This document shows, piece after piece, positions 36,478-47,500 of a stretch of DNA of 64,000 bases. Each line of letters opens with the position of its first letter. The first letter of the stretch is position 1. Source of the DNA: Pseudomonadota bacterium (GTDB lineage Bacteria > Bdellovibrionota > Bdellovibrionia > Bdellovibrionales > Bdellovibrionaceae); the NCBI GenBank assembly GCA_041178425.1, contig JBEGVH010000040.1, positions 32,001 through 96,000 of the forward strand, in the 5' to 3' direction. Below the pieces are notes generated by a model. That model did no database searches and had not been told where the DNA came from. It saw nothing but the letters and a program-made list of their open reading frames with translations. The position numbers were made by a program, and so were the translations under genes.

Positions 36478-37938
36478 TCATAGGCTTATATAAAGCATCA
36501 TTCGACTTTCGTCGAACTTTTGTGGTGCGCCGATGGCGTTCACTGCATCCACATGAACCGATTCATATTTTGCACCTAGCTTCCAGCTCTTTTTCATTTG
36601 AAAGCGGCGAGTGTAATGAAGATTCAGCCCCATGTGTGATTTCACCACTTTGGTTCCTGCAGGTTGAGATTCAAATTTTAATCCCAGCTCGTCGTTGGCA
36701 CTCAAATTATATTTAGCAATTAGACCACCACCGAAGTGCCCCGTTTGCAGGGCAAAGCCACTTAATTGGTGGGTGTAGTTTCGGTAGGCTCCGCCCACAA
36801 CGGGAATCAAAGTCAATTTTTTGAGATCAATCGAGTAGCCCAAGTTTCCGTATCCAAGAAAAGAATCGAGGCGATTGGTTTTTTGCGACATTGGAAGTGT
36901 GGTAGAGAATCCAGATTCAAAAATAAGTCTGCCCCAAATCGGTGCGCTCATGGTGAACATTTGCAGACTGAGCTCCGAGTCGGTGAGGGTGGATGTGCCT
37001 ACGGTGGACTGGTCAAGAGCAAAAGTCATACTGCTGTTGCCGATGCCAAAGTAAACTTCAAAATAAGAGATGAGCATCTCTAATTCATCCGCTTTTTTTT
37101 GCAACTCTCTGCTGCTTTCGCTCATATCTTTATTTTTTTTCTTCAGATCGGCGAGGGCGTCTTTGAGTGAGCGATTCTCTTTTTGTAACTCTTCGAGCAT
37201 TTTAAGGGCGGCTAACTGTTCAAGATTGATTGAAACTAAGTTAATCTTGTAGTTTTTACCTTTGAACCCAAAAGTCACGTTGCCAATGATACCACCCTGT
37301 TGTTCGGTGTCGGGAATTTCAAAAAAACGCCAGCGCTCGCCTTTACCAAGAATATCAAAAAACGTCGTCGAATCGATGTCTACTGATCGTGGAAACGACA
37401 AAGTGAGAGCCTTGTTGCCACTGGGTCTTAGTACGCAGTGCACCCCAATGGGGAAGGTTGTTTTTTCTGAGTCAGTGGAGAGTACTACGTCAGGAAAGTT
37501 TTTGGTGCATCCATCTTGAACGATGGTCGGATTTTCAAAGGTTTTGACCGCGAGCATTTTGGTGGCGGCACCGTTTTGTCGATTCACTAAGATTTCTTGT
37601 TCTATGTCTTGAGCGGCCAGAAAAAGGGTGCCATCTTTAAATGTGGCGCTTCCTTGCTGAGATTGCACAGAGGCCATAGAAAACTCGGGTGGTATAGCCA
37701 CTTTCGCTTTGTATGTGAGGGCTTTGACTTCTTTGTTGCCGTCTTTAGCGACAACCTCAAATTCCTCCTTCTCCTCAATCACAGAAAACAACATGGGTTT
37801 TTTGACCACTTTTCCCTGATCAAGTTCAATTAAGAAGAATTGCAATTTAGCCTGAACGACTGTCGAAAGGCAAAAGGCAAAAAGAAAGATCGTATTTCGA
37901 ATGGAGGATACTAATAAAACGTTTTTAAATTGTCTCAT
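36478..37938 (-). CDS. Exported protein: beta-rich N-domain, coiled coil, putative C-terminal outer-membrane barrel
   Basis: Signal peptide; heptad stretch LEELQKENRSLKDALADLKKKNK...; aromatic alternating strands ending RMMLYISL. Confidence 0.6.
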   Translation of the reverse strand: MRQFKNVLLVSSIRNTIFLFAFCLSTVVQAKLQFFLIELDQGKVVKKPMLFSVIEEKEEFEVVAKDGNKEVKALTYKAKVAIPPEFSMASVQSQQGSATFKDGTLFLAAQDIEQEILVNRQNGAATKMLAVKTFENPTIVQDGCTKNFPDVVLSTDSEKTTFPIGVHCVLRPSGNKALTLSFPRSVDIDSTTFFDILGKGERWRFFEIPDTEQQGGIIGNVTFGFKGKNYKINLVSINLEQLAALKMLEELQKENRSLKDALADLKKKNKDMSESSRELQKKADELEMLISYFEVYFGIGNSSMTFALDQSTVGTSTLTDSELSLQMFTMSAPIWGRLIFESGFSTTLPMSQKTNRLDSFLGYGNLGYSIDLKKLTLIPVVGGAYRNYTHQLSGFALQTGHFGGGLIAKYNLSANDELGLKFESQPAGTKVVKSHMGLNLHYTRRFQMKKSWKLGAKYESVHVDAVNAIGAPQKFDESRMMLYISL

Positions 37939-38168
37939 CTCATTGTGCTACCTTTTCTCAATAATAAGCAGCGAAGCCTGAGAACCGAAACAAAAAAACG
38001 CTCACCGAATCTCAGTATGAGAGAGTTAGACCAAGGTGTGTTTCTTCATGAGTCAGAGCGCTTGGGGGTTGGTCTTAGGGCTAACGATTTGCCCCAATCC
38101 AAAAGTCAGAATGAGAACTTAACACTTCTATTGATTGATTCTAAGCGGTCTAAGAGTAAACTTAGAGC

Positions 38169-40235
38169 ATGTGGCTACCTAGTTTTTATGGGATCATTAA
38201 ACGACTTACGGTAACTCTGAGAGTTGGCCCCGAAGTCATTTTGGGGGTGATGTTATTGTCGCTCGTTGCTTGTCAGCCGCAAAAAAAAGAAGAGGCAAAT
38301 AACTCGACCCAAAACTCACTGTCTCCGATTGAGAATGACGACGGAACCATTGATGCCCCTGTGGGAACCAAAGATTGTGCACTCAACGGTTCTAATTCTT
38401 CGGTCTGTGTGCTTTCTAAGGATTCCTATTTTTACAAGCAAGAAAACGGTGGTCGCAATCCAGAGGTTAAGGGTCCGTTGGTTTTTAAAGAGAGAACCAT
38501 TCAGTCTCTGCCCGATGGTTGGGTCGCGGCAATGACATCGGCTTCTTTTACCGATCCCAACTTGAAAGCCTCAAATATCCGAAGAGGCATTACCATTTTT
38601 GGAGTGACTGGAACAGTCAACTCGGATCATCCGCTTCCCTGTAATTTAGCGACGATGCCTTTCAGTGAGGCCTCGTGCTTGCTTTCGTCGGGCTTATTTG
38701 CTTACACGAGTGAGTACGGTGGACGCGCGAATGTTTGTTCTATCACCAACGGCTCCCAGCCAGAAAACTGTTGGCTCAACAATTCAAATACCTATTTTCT
38801 TTCAAATCAATTAGTCACCCTGATTAATCGTTGCAGTGCAAACGACGTCGATAGTTCCATTCCGCTCGCTGGTCAGTGTTGGACTCCGGCGGGTCCTTTT
38901 GTTTATACGCAGGCTTACGGTGGGCGTTCGACCCTCTGTAAAACAGATGAAAGTGCCAATGCGACAGCCTGTTGGGCTGAAAGCCTCAACGAAACAAACA
39001 AAGGCATCATTGCCTCTTCGAATACGCAGTCGTGGTGTAATTGGAATGAAAAAACGACTTCTACCTGCAAGGTGAGAATCAACGTAACGATCAATCCTGG
39101 TGATAGTCAGACGCCAGCCAGTCTGCCCTATGGGTATGTGTATCCGCTGCAATACGGGGGGCGAAGTAAGTACTGTTCAAAAAATAGCGACGGAAAGTGC
39201 TGGTTAGCGGTCGAAAAATCACAGCTCGAATCAAACCTCAAACCCGAGATCATTAAAGCGGGAGTTGCCATTTTTGGGGTCGTCGGAAAATTTAAGGGTG
39301 AAGGCGCGTGGAAGTCGGGCGCCCATCGGGATTTAGTGACGAGCCCTCTAGCAATTTCTGATGAGAGTTTTGTTTATGGTGGGGATCGGGACAAAGACAC
39401 CGGTTTCCCCGATGGCTATCGAGAGGTGCCCATGTCGGAGCTCGACGACGAAGGCACGTATTCAAACTCTGTTCTTCCTGTTGATAGAACGGGCTGGGGA
39501 AGCCTCACGTGTGGAACAGGATTAGATGCACAGGGGAATCCGGCGCCGCTACCTGCAGGTTTTGATAGTTGGAGCTTTCGTGCTCGTATGGCGGATTGCG
39601 GAGACGTTTTTGGTACGGCGGCCGTGTGGAACGGCACGACCAACGGAAATGCTGGTCAATCCAAATGGAAGCTTGTCATAAGAACGGGTGATCTCAGAAG
39701 TGGTAAGGGGCGTGAGGTTTGGCTCGATGAAAATACCGGTTTGCTTTGGAGCTCGCTCATATCAACGGCAACGAACTGGTGTAAGGCCTCGGGAAGCAAT
39801 AATATTGCTGGCAATAGTGCGCTTGAAAATGATCCTAATGATATTTGTGATAGCGCCGCTTATCAGAATCTCGCTGGCAATGCGGTGAGTGCCTGTTTTG
39901 AAGGAGATGGATTTAGCACCACGGATTCAACGCTGAGTAATGATGGCAAAGCCAACTTGTTAAAATCTTCGACAACCCTGCCGGTGGCATGGAGACTTCC
40001 TACTATTTACGATTTTGATGTGGGTGAATACAATGGGATGCGCTTTGTATTGCCCGATATGGGAGTCGCATTGAAGGGGATTCCGGGTACATTCTATGAG
40101 TGGACGGCAACAGTGAGTAGCTCAAATTCTAGAGAGGCGTGGGTGGTGCCGTCCCTTCTTGGTGGCCACGGAAAAATAGATCGCTCAATGACTGCGAGGG
40201 TGAGATGTATTGGTCGCGCCAATATTTTAGAATAA
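38169..40235 (+). CDS. Cys-rich lipoprotein with C-terminal DUF1566 (Lcl / C-type-lectin fold)-like domain
   Basis: Lipobox LVAC; VWLDENTGLLWS, WRLPTIYD, WTAT, VRCIGR; two NIxxGxxIFGVxG motifs; four YxYxxxxGGR repeats. Confidence 0.78.
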   Translation: MWLPSFYGIIKRLTVTLRVGPEVILGVMLLSLVACQPQKKEEANNSTQNSLSPIENDDGTIDAPVGTKDCALNGSNSSVCVLSKDSYFYKQENGGRNPEVKGPLVFKERTIQSLPDGWVAAMTSASFTDPNLKASNIRRGITIFGVTGTVNSDHPLPCNLATMPFSEASCLLSSGLFAYTSEYGGRANVCSITNGSQPENCWLNNSNTYFLSNQLVTLINRCSANDVDSSIPLAGQCWTPAGPFVYTQAYGGRSTLCKTDESANATACWAESLNETNKGIIASSNTQSWCNWNEKTTSTCKVRINVTINPGDSQTPASLPYGYVYPLQYGGRSKYCSKNSDGKCWLAVEKSQLESNLKPEIIKAGVAIFGVVGKFKGEGAWKSGAHRDLVTSPLAISDESFVYGGDRDKDTGFPDGYREVPMSELDDEGTYSNSVLPVDRTGWGSLTCGTGLDAQGNPAPLPAGFDSWSFRARMADCGDVFGTAAVWNGTTNGNAGQSKWKLVIRTGDLRSGKGREVWLDENTGLLWSSLISTATNWCKASGSNNIAGNSALENDPNDICDSAAYQNLAGNAVSACFEGDGFSTTDSTLSNDGKANLLKSSTTLPVAWRLPTIYDFDVGEYNGMRFVLPDMGVALKGIPGTFYEWTATVSSSNSREAWVVPSLLGGHGKIDRSMTARVRCIGRANILE

Positions 40236-42205
40236 TCTTGCTAGCGACCCTCGTGTGTGTTGGTAGCGGATGCGCGAAGCCAACAGCCACAGAGGACGAT
40301 AGCCTATTAAAGCCAGAGGAGACGGCCATCGCGAGCCCGTTGCCGCGCACCAAGTGCACCGAAGGTGAGAAAGCCTCTGCGCGCTGTATTGTGAACTCCT
40401 CGGAGAGTTTTTCTTATACGTCGTCGTTTAATGGTCGAAATGTCTTTGGTAATAACCTCGAAGGTAACGAAGGATCGGCGTCAGTGACTGTGCCCAAAGG
40501 CTTTTATCAAAGCAAATTTGTGAGCGTAAAAGACCTTGATTTTGTCGCCGCCAATATCGTGAGAGGCGTCAGTATTTTTGGCTTGGTGGGTGATTTGGAT
40601 GCGACGCAGATTCCAGATTGTACCGCCGAGGCCGTCGATTCTGGAGTTGCAAACACCACGAGTTGTCGGTTCACCGCCTCCGGAAAGTACGCCTATCAGA
40701 GCTCTTTTGGTGGAAGAAGTCAGGATTGTTCTATTCAAACAACGCTGGCAGATGGAACCACGGTGAAGGGTCAGTGTTGGCTTAGAAATACCGAACGGTT
40801 ATACGCTTATGAAGAGAGGCTCGACTACCCGGAGTGCAACTTGAACAGTCAGGCCGGCTATTCTTGTAAAACAGGTCCTTCCACTTATCTTTACAATCAG
40901 GCCTATGGAGGGCGAGATATTATTTGCCCGACCAACAAGGTGGTTAATTACAAATGTTTCGTTAAAGATCCCAACTTTGCTGTATACTCGATAATTCCCT
41001 GCAAAGAAAATCCAGAGGTTGATTCGGCCATCAACAACTACGCCTGTTTTCCATCGAGTATCGGGACGTGGGTTTATGATGTTCCCTTTGGGGGGCGATC
41101 TCAGAACTGTGAAGACAATAATAATGGTAATTGTTATTTTCAATTCAGCACCAAAGCGCAGTCATCGGTTAACTTAACGGATGAAAACATCAAAGCAGGA
41201 GAGACGATCTTTGGAGTGATGGGAAGCTTTATCACTCAGGGCTTTTATTGGGGCAGTGGGGCTCACCGAGATGCGGGCGATAAAAGAATGGTTTACCAAA
41301 AGCCACCAGGACCGGTGCCTAATCCTGCGCCCTACATTGAGGCCGAGGCAAGTTTTGGCACCTCACAAACAACACTACCAACAAACTACCGCTTTGTACC
41401 TAAAATTGCGACTGATACCGAAGCTCCCGTAGTCGCAAAAATGGTGAATAGAGTTGGGTGGGGTACTACCGAGTGTGGAGTGGATGTGAGCTCTGACACC
41501 ACAGCGAATAGAACGGTGTTGGAAAAGCGCATTCTCAATTGCGCGGCCAATGCAACGGTCGGGAGCGGCGCGACTTGGGATGGCACCACCAAAGGAAATG
41601 CCGGTCAGGGCGTTTGGAAGCTTGTCACCAGAAAAAACATCAGTGGTTCTATGTATGAAGTGTGGTTAGATTCATCGACCGATCTCCTTTGGAGCGGAAA
41701 GGTCTCAATCCCAACAGGACTTAATTGGTGTAAAGCTTCGGGAAATAGTTTTAGCACTAAAATCGATGAAAAAATGCGCGAAAACGACGCCTCGGGCATT
41801 TGTAATTCAAGCACCTATCAGAATAATGGACTCAATCATCCGATTAGTGCGTGCACTGAAGGTTTTGCCGGTTACTTAGCGTCTGACGATGATTCTTCCA
41901 ATGGGTTCTTGAGCACGGGAACCTTTCAGAATGGAAAAGCGGGTTTAAAAACGGTGGCGCCCTCGCTCAAGGCACAAGGGCGCATTTTTTGGCGTATTCC
42001 CACCATTTACGATTACATGCTCGCCAATCATAACGGGCTTCGCTATGTGCTTCCAGACGCGGGGCCGAATCAAGGAGCCGAAGAGTGGACGGCCACAACT
42101 TATTCGAGGGATCGAAGCATGGCCTGGACCTATAACTCCACCAACGGACTTCGTCGGGTTCAACCTAAAACCTATAATTATAACGTGAGATGCGTGGGAC
42201 GGTAG
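40205..42205 (+). CDS. Cys-rich lipoprotein with DUF1566-like domain, paralog of the upstream gene
   Basis: Lipobox GSGC; VWLDSSTDLLWS, WRIPTIYD, WTAT, VRCVGR; same internal repeats. Confidence 0.78.
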   Translation: MYWSRQYFRIILLATLVCVGSGCAKPTATEDDSLLKPEETAIASPLPRTKCTEGEKASARCIVNSSESFSYTSSFNGRNVFGNNLEGNEGSASVTVPKGFYQSKFVSVKDLDFVAANIVRGVSIFGLVGDLDATQIPDCTAEAVDSGVANTTSCRFTASGKYAYQSSFGGRSQDCSIQTTLADGTTVKGQCWLRNTERLYAYEERLDYPECNLNSQAGYSCKTGPSTYLYNQAYGGRDIICPTNKVVNYKCFVKDPNFAVYSIIPCKENPEVDSAINNYACFPSSIGTWVYDVPFGGRSQNCEDNNNGNCYFQFSTKAQSSVNLTDENIKAGETIFGVMGSFITQGFYWGSGAHRDAGDKRMVYQKPPGPVPNPAPYIEAEASFGTSQTTLPTNYRFVPKIATDTEAPVVAKMVNRVGWGTTECGVDVSSDTTANRTVLEKRILNCAANATVGSGATWDGTTKGNAGQGVWKLVTRKNISGSMYEVWLDSSTDLLWSGKVSIPTGLNWCKASGNSFSTKIDEKMRENDASGICNSSTYQNNGLNHPISACTEGFAGYLASDDDSSNGFLSTGTFQNGKAGLKTVAPSLKAQGRIFWRIPTIYDYMLANHNGLRYVLPDAGPNQGAEEWTATTYSRDRSMAWTYNSTNGLRRVQPKTYNYNVRCVGR

Positions 42206-42209
42206 CAGG

Positions 42210-44501
42210 ATGAAACGACGAATCTTTAATTTAACATTCATCTCTTTTTCTTACCTCACGCTGGCCTCTTTTTTGAGTGCTTGTTCAGGGAATTTAAAAG
42301 ATCCCGTCATCAATATTGGTGATTCTCCCGACGGAATTTTGTATACGCGCCCAACCCCTTCACCCACACCAACGGGTCGTCCCGGTTCTGGTGGAGATGG
42401 AGTAGGCGGGGATTGTTATGAGAATCCCGATATCGGACGTTTCTGCGAAGCGGATGGTGGCACCTTTGGAAATGACGCGGGTGTGATCACCGTTAATCTC
42501 CTTAACTTCAATGGGGGTGAGGCCGTTAAAGGCGGTGGTAGTTACTTTATCAAATATAAAACGACGATCACTTATGAAAAATTCAAATCTGTCTATAGTA
42601 AAATCGAATTAAAAAAACAGTCGGAGCCCGACACCGCTTGGAAAGTGGTAGGCGAAAAAATCACCTCGAACGATGGGGAGTTGGTTGAGTTCAATTGGAA
42701 TGTGTGTCCGAGCCTCCAAGTGGAAAGTTGTGAAAGAACCAATTCCGGAGAACTAGTGTCCGTCAACGGAAGTGATTATCAGCTTCGCGTAACCAGTCAA
42801 CGATTGGCCAATCAGTCGGGATCAAAAGTATCAACGGGGACTTTTGCCATCGATTCGGCCTCTCCGGTTCTATCCACAAAGCAAACCGGAGCCTCGCCCA
42901 AAGGGTTTGTGGCCAAAGTGACTCAACCAAACAATGGTTTTATCAATCTAGAGCTCAAGGGTGCCACTGACAATTTGAGCACCATCAAGTCCATTTGCTT
43001 AAAAACCAATTCGGCTGCTCCAGAAGAGTCAAATGGATGTTGGATACCGGTGACAACATTTAAGGCCGTTAAAACTCCCATTGCGGGTGGCAATGAGCTG
43101 AACATTGAGACCTTACCGGTGTTTGTAGGGTTCGGCGCGATTGGTATAAATTATTATGTGTGGCTGATGGATGTGGCTGGCAATATTTCGAAAATGTCAG
43201 AGACTCTACTGGATGATGTTGTGAAGTATGGGATCAACGAAAAAGATGTGTTGTCGCTAAGTCGCGCGGCTATTAGTTTTCCTGGACGGGATTCATTTTG
43301 GCAGCCTGGCTCTGCCTCTCAAACAACTCCTAGTTACAGTGGTAAAATCACGCTGAAGACAATTGCGGGGGCGAGTGCGGTTCAATATTCGGGTCACCTC
43401 GATGATAACTTTATGGCTGATCCGGGCTCTCTGGTAGTGACCTCAGCAGGGGTGGCTTATATTAAGAGTCCAGACGGGGTCGGAACGACTAAGGGTGTAT
43501 TAAAATTCGACCTCAATGCCGGAGAATACAAAGTTCTCTTAGCTCAAGGCAACCACACGGTGGGAGCTGCGAACGGTACCACCGCTAAAGTTTATGATCC
43601 TTTGCGTATTGCTCTGGATTCGAATGAAGACTTGTGGGTGATGGATAAAAAAGAAGACGGCAAAGTGGTCATCTCCAAGGTCACGGGGCTCGCGGGCGAT
43701 TCTCCTGTGATGGCCGATGTTATTGGTGGTGGTGTGAATACAAATACGGCCGATAAGGCGGCCCTCGATCTGCAAATTGATTACTCTGACGACTTTCGAC
43801 ACTATGGAACCTTCGCGGCTCTTCCTGGGGGGCTGCTGGTTTTTTCAAGTGACTCTCCCGTCAGGGCATTGGCGCCCCTCGCCCCGACCGCTAGGTTTCA
43901 ACTGAGGGTGTATTACCCAGAGCGAGCGTTGGCGTCGCAAATTGCAACGATTTTGATTTCATCGACAGACCTACGAGGTGCGGAACTCAATACCCCTAGT
44001 GGATATCCGCTCAAGGCGGTGGAGGGTTATGGGACTTTTGGCGTTTCGTATGACTGGAGTCGACACGATGTTGGATATCTCTACGGTCGAGGCTGTGCTC
44101 CCATGGTAGTAGGTTCTGGCCGGACCTGTTCTGAGTTGGTCAATATGGTGTTTGATCATAAGGGACAGCTAGTTTCTTTTTTACCAACCCAAGGACCTTG
44201 GCTTTGGGGAAATGAGACTCTCACGGTCTCAAAGCAAAAAAATCTCTATGCGCTCAATGCTTACCGCGGTCGTCTGAGTGTTTTAAGAGGCGCTGCGCTC
44301 GACGAAAACTGGATTGATGTTTTTGCAACGTCGGGGGTGGGTGCTAATTACTGTGCGAACGGCACCGTGGCTGGTCAATGTGCCGTGCGCGTAAAAGATG
44401 TATTTATCGGCCCGACCGGACGGGTTTATTTTATTGATGAGCAGAGACTGAGATTTATTGATGAGGATGGAAGTGTGCAATCGCTTCTGTCGTTTGAATA
44501 A
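42210..44501 (+). CDS. Surface lipoprotein with Ig-like and beta-propeller (NHL-like) regions
   Basis: Lipobox LSAC; IDSASP, DVAGNIS, PGSLVVT, PLRIALDSNEDLWV, VYFIDEQRLRFID. Confidence 0.7.
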   Translation: MKRRIFNLTFISFSYLTLASFLSACSGNLKDPVINIGDSPDGILYTRPTPSPTPTGRPGSGGDGVGGDCYENPDIGRFCEADGGTFGNDAGVITVNLLNFNGGEAVKGGGSYFIKYKTTITYEKFKSVYSKIELKKQSEPDTAWKVVGEKITSNDGELVEFNWNVCPSLQVESCERTNSGELVSVNGSDYQLRVTSQRLANQSGSKVSTGTFAIDSASPVLSTKQTGASPKGFVAKVTQPNNGFINLELKGATDNLSTIKSICLKTNSAAPEESNGCWIPVTTFKAVKTPIAGGNELNIETLPVFVGFGAIGINYYVWLMDVAGNISKMSETLLDDVVKYGINEKDVLSLSRAAISFPGRDSFWQPGSASQTTPSYSGKITLKTIAGASAVQYSGHLDDNFMADPGSLVVTSAGVAYIKSPDGVGTTKGVLKFDLNAGEYKVLLAQGNHTVGAANGTTAKVYDPLRIALDSNEDLWVMDKKEDGKVVISKVTGLAGDSPVMADVIGGGVNTNTADKAALDLQIDYSDDFRHYGTFAALPGGLLVFSSDSPVRALAPLAPTARFQLRVYYPERALASQIATILISSTDLRGAELNTPSGYPLKAVEGYGTFGVSYDWSRHDVGYLYGRGCAPMVVGSGRTCSELVNMVFDHKGQLVSFLPTQGPWLWGNETLTVSKQKNLYALNAYRGRLSVLRGAALDENWIDVFATSGVGANYCANGTVAGQCAVRVKDVFIGPTGRVYFIDEQRLRFIDEDGSVQSLLSFE

Positions 44502-44516
44502 AGGGTTGGAGGAACA

Positions 44517-47500
44517 ATGATGTTCGCAATCAGAAAAATGGCGTACTCGCTGGCATGCCTCGCTTTGGTGGCCTGTTCTGGACAGGTTCAAGAAGGGCAG
44601 CACGATATGCTTTATTCTATTTTGCCGCCTTTGCCTCCGACGGGTGATCCTGGCCTGAATTTTCCGATCGACCCTGAGTTGAATGTTCCTGGGTTGAACA
44701 TGAAGTCTTTTGTAGGGGGCGAACACATTCACTGGGGCACCCATAAGATTTCGTGGTTTTTAGAGCCTCTCGATACAAAAGACGAAGGGATGTACTCAAC
44801 ACAATTAGAGTTCTCCCGTGACAGTGGAACCACCTGGACGACGATCGTGGAATCGGTTCCGAGTGTAGGTGCCAAGCTGATGTCGTATGATTGGGTCGTC
44901 GGTCAAGACCCCGAGTGGGAGGGGATTAATTATCGAGTGCGCATTACTACAAAAAATGTTTATGGCGTTAAATATGTTAAAGAATCGGAATCTGATTTCA
45001 CCGTTGATAACACGGCTCCGAACTTGGTCTCTGACGCTTTAAAAGTCAACAGCAAGCAAAGCACTCTGGTGCCAGGGCAGGGCTGGACTAAAATTGAAAT
45101 CGAACGGAGCTACATGTCCGTTGACTTTAAGGCCGAAGACGCCTTGAGCCCCGTTTCTGCCTATTGTATTAAAATGGGTTCGTCGGTGGCTCCCACCGAG
45201 AACGATGAGTGTTGGAAGATACTCAACAACATGAATATCGAACCCGGGCTCTCTGTTGAAGTAAGAGGCGCCCCTGCTTTTGTGGGCTTCGTTGCCTTGA
45301 ACAACGAATTAAGAGTATGGGTCAAAGATATGGCGGGCAATGTTTCTGCTCTTTATGCTGGTTCAGGTGTTTACAATAAGGATCGGGCTCCGATTGTTTT
45401 CAATCCGGCATTACCTCCCGAAGTCACTAACGTTATTGCGGCCAATGTGGTCAACCCGTCGGTTCCCCCTGCTCGAGGGGAGTTGACGACGGGTTCGGGC
45501 CTCAATCGAATTTTTATCAAATGGCGTATTCGCCCTAAAGGCAAGGGCCAACTGGCAGCCACCAAGGGCGTAAAATTAGAGTACACCACAGACGAAGAAA
45601 CTTTTCTGCCAGTCACTGAAGATGAATTAAAAGATAAAGACAACTCGGCCAATGGTTATTGTTTTTCGTCGGGTGACACCGATATTTACTCTGGATGTTA
45701 CACCTGGGTAGGATCCAATTTGCCGACCAGCTATTTTCGTGTGCGGGTGGTTGCCACTAACGATGTGGGATTAGTGACCGCCTCGTCCAGTGATCCCCTC
45801 AATTCTGGATCGTTTCGCAATATTGCTGGTAACACCGACCCTGGAATAGGCAATAGCGCCGAGAGTGCCATCTACTCGTATAGTGGGGGTGGGGACTCTA
45901 GCTGGTCGAACCCGGGATCCATCGTGGTCACGCGCAAAGGACGCATTTATATTCGAGATGATCGTATGGGCATCTTAGTGGTTGATCCTGCCGATGGTGT
46001 GAACCGCGTGTTTATCAAGAGAGGAAACACCTCTCTTGCTGTGCAACCGGGCGAAGATGTTGATGTGACTCAAGCCACAACAGTGCCTTATCGGATTGCG
46101 CTTGATTACAAAGACCGCTTACTGATTCTCGAAAAAAACCGTGTTCGTCGGGTGAGTGAAAATAATATTATTTCTACTATCATTGGAATCAAACCGGGCC
46201 CCAATGGCACCATTGAGAGTGGTTTTGCTCGTTTTAAAGATAATGGATTAGTGTCTGGTGACGGGAAAGCCAATTGGTGGGAGAAAAAAACCGATGGAAC
46301 CTACAAGCATTTATCTCCAGAGGGCTGCTTTTCGGTTTACACCACGCCGGGAATTCCCGCACAATACTACGATTTTACAAATACGGGCGCCGCACAGGTT
46401 ATGTGGCCTCTTCCTAACGGCGATATTTATTTTTCATCGAGTAACTTTTGGGGTCAAAAAGTTCAATCGGCAGCCGATGCCGCGCCTTATTTTGCTATTT
46501 ACAAAGAGAATGACCTCAAGGGTAACCCTGTTAAGCGTGTTTATCCGCTTCGCCTTTGTGGATTAGGTCTCAATGATGGCATTAAACAAGATCCGTATTA
46601 TCCTTATGATGACATCTATATTTCTTCTTTTCCGGGAATTAACTTTAATCCTTATAACAGCATGGTCGAGAGCTTTTCTCTTAGGGTTCATAAACCCGTG
46701 AGTGGGGGAGCCATTTATTATGGAGCTTCTTTTAATCCGAGAAGTGGTCGTTCGCGGGGCGCCAACACGATTTATCCGCTGCCACGATCGGCGGCCGGAA
46801 ATGTAACCTACTGGGGGGCGCCAGCCCTCATTCCCACTCGAAAAGGGGGATTGTATTTTAATCACAACTATTCAAGCTTAGCAGGAACATTTAAATACAA
46901 TGCCAGTTATAACCAATGGGAACCGATCTTCAAAGCATGGAACAACGGTCAGTGCTACGATGGAACCAAAACTAATGAGTGTTATGTTGATAATCTCGAT
47001 GTTTATGTGACCGAAGACAATGTGACATACTTTTTTGATCGTGGTCGAATACGCGCAATATCCAACAACAAAATAAAAACTATTTTTGGTCAGTCCCGTA
47101 AATACGGGGACGGAGAAGTTCCCTCATCGGCGCGTTTGAATATGGTGGAGTATCTTGGTGTGTGGGGCAATGATAATCGCATCATCGTTTATGACACGCG
47201 AGAGTATGTGGCGCGGGAGATTCGACCGGGGGTGAGTATTTCGCGCATTATGGGATCGAATGGTGAAGGTAAATGTGAAGTCGTTAATGGGGAGTTCAGC
47301 TGCACCACAGGATATTACTACTGGGGTTCTCCGAACGCGGTGATTGGCAATCAATTTGATAATAACACCAAAGTAGGGTCGCTTGCGATGGATGCCTCGT
47401 GGTGGGGAATTCACTACTGGGATTGGGCTACGGGCTTTGTGGTCGATCGCGACAATGGGGACATATATTCTTATTCAGGGGGCGGGCCGTTTCATGGCAT

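Noticed and set aside
38169..42205. Diversity-generating retroelement targeting the DUF1566 genes
   Set aside because: No reverse transcriptase and no near-identical template repeat in the window; the two 3' ends differ at all base types.
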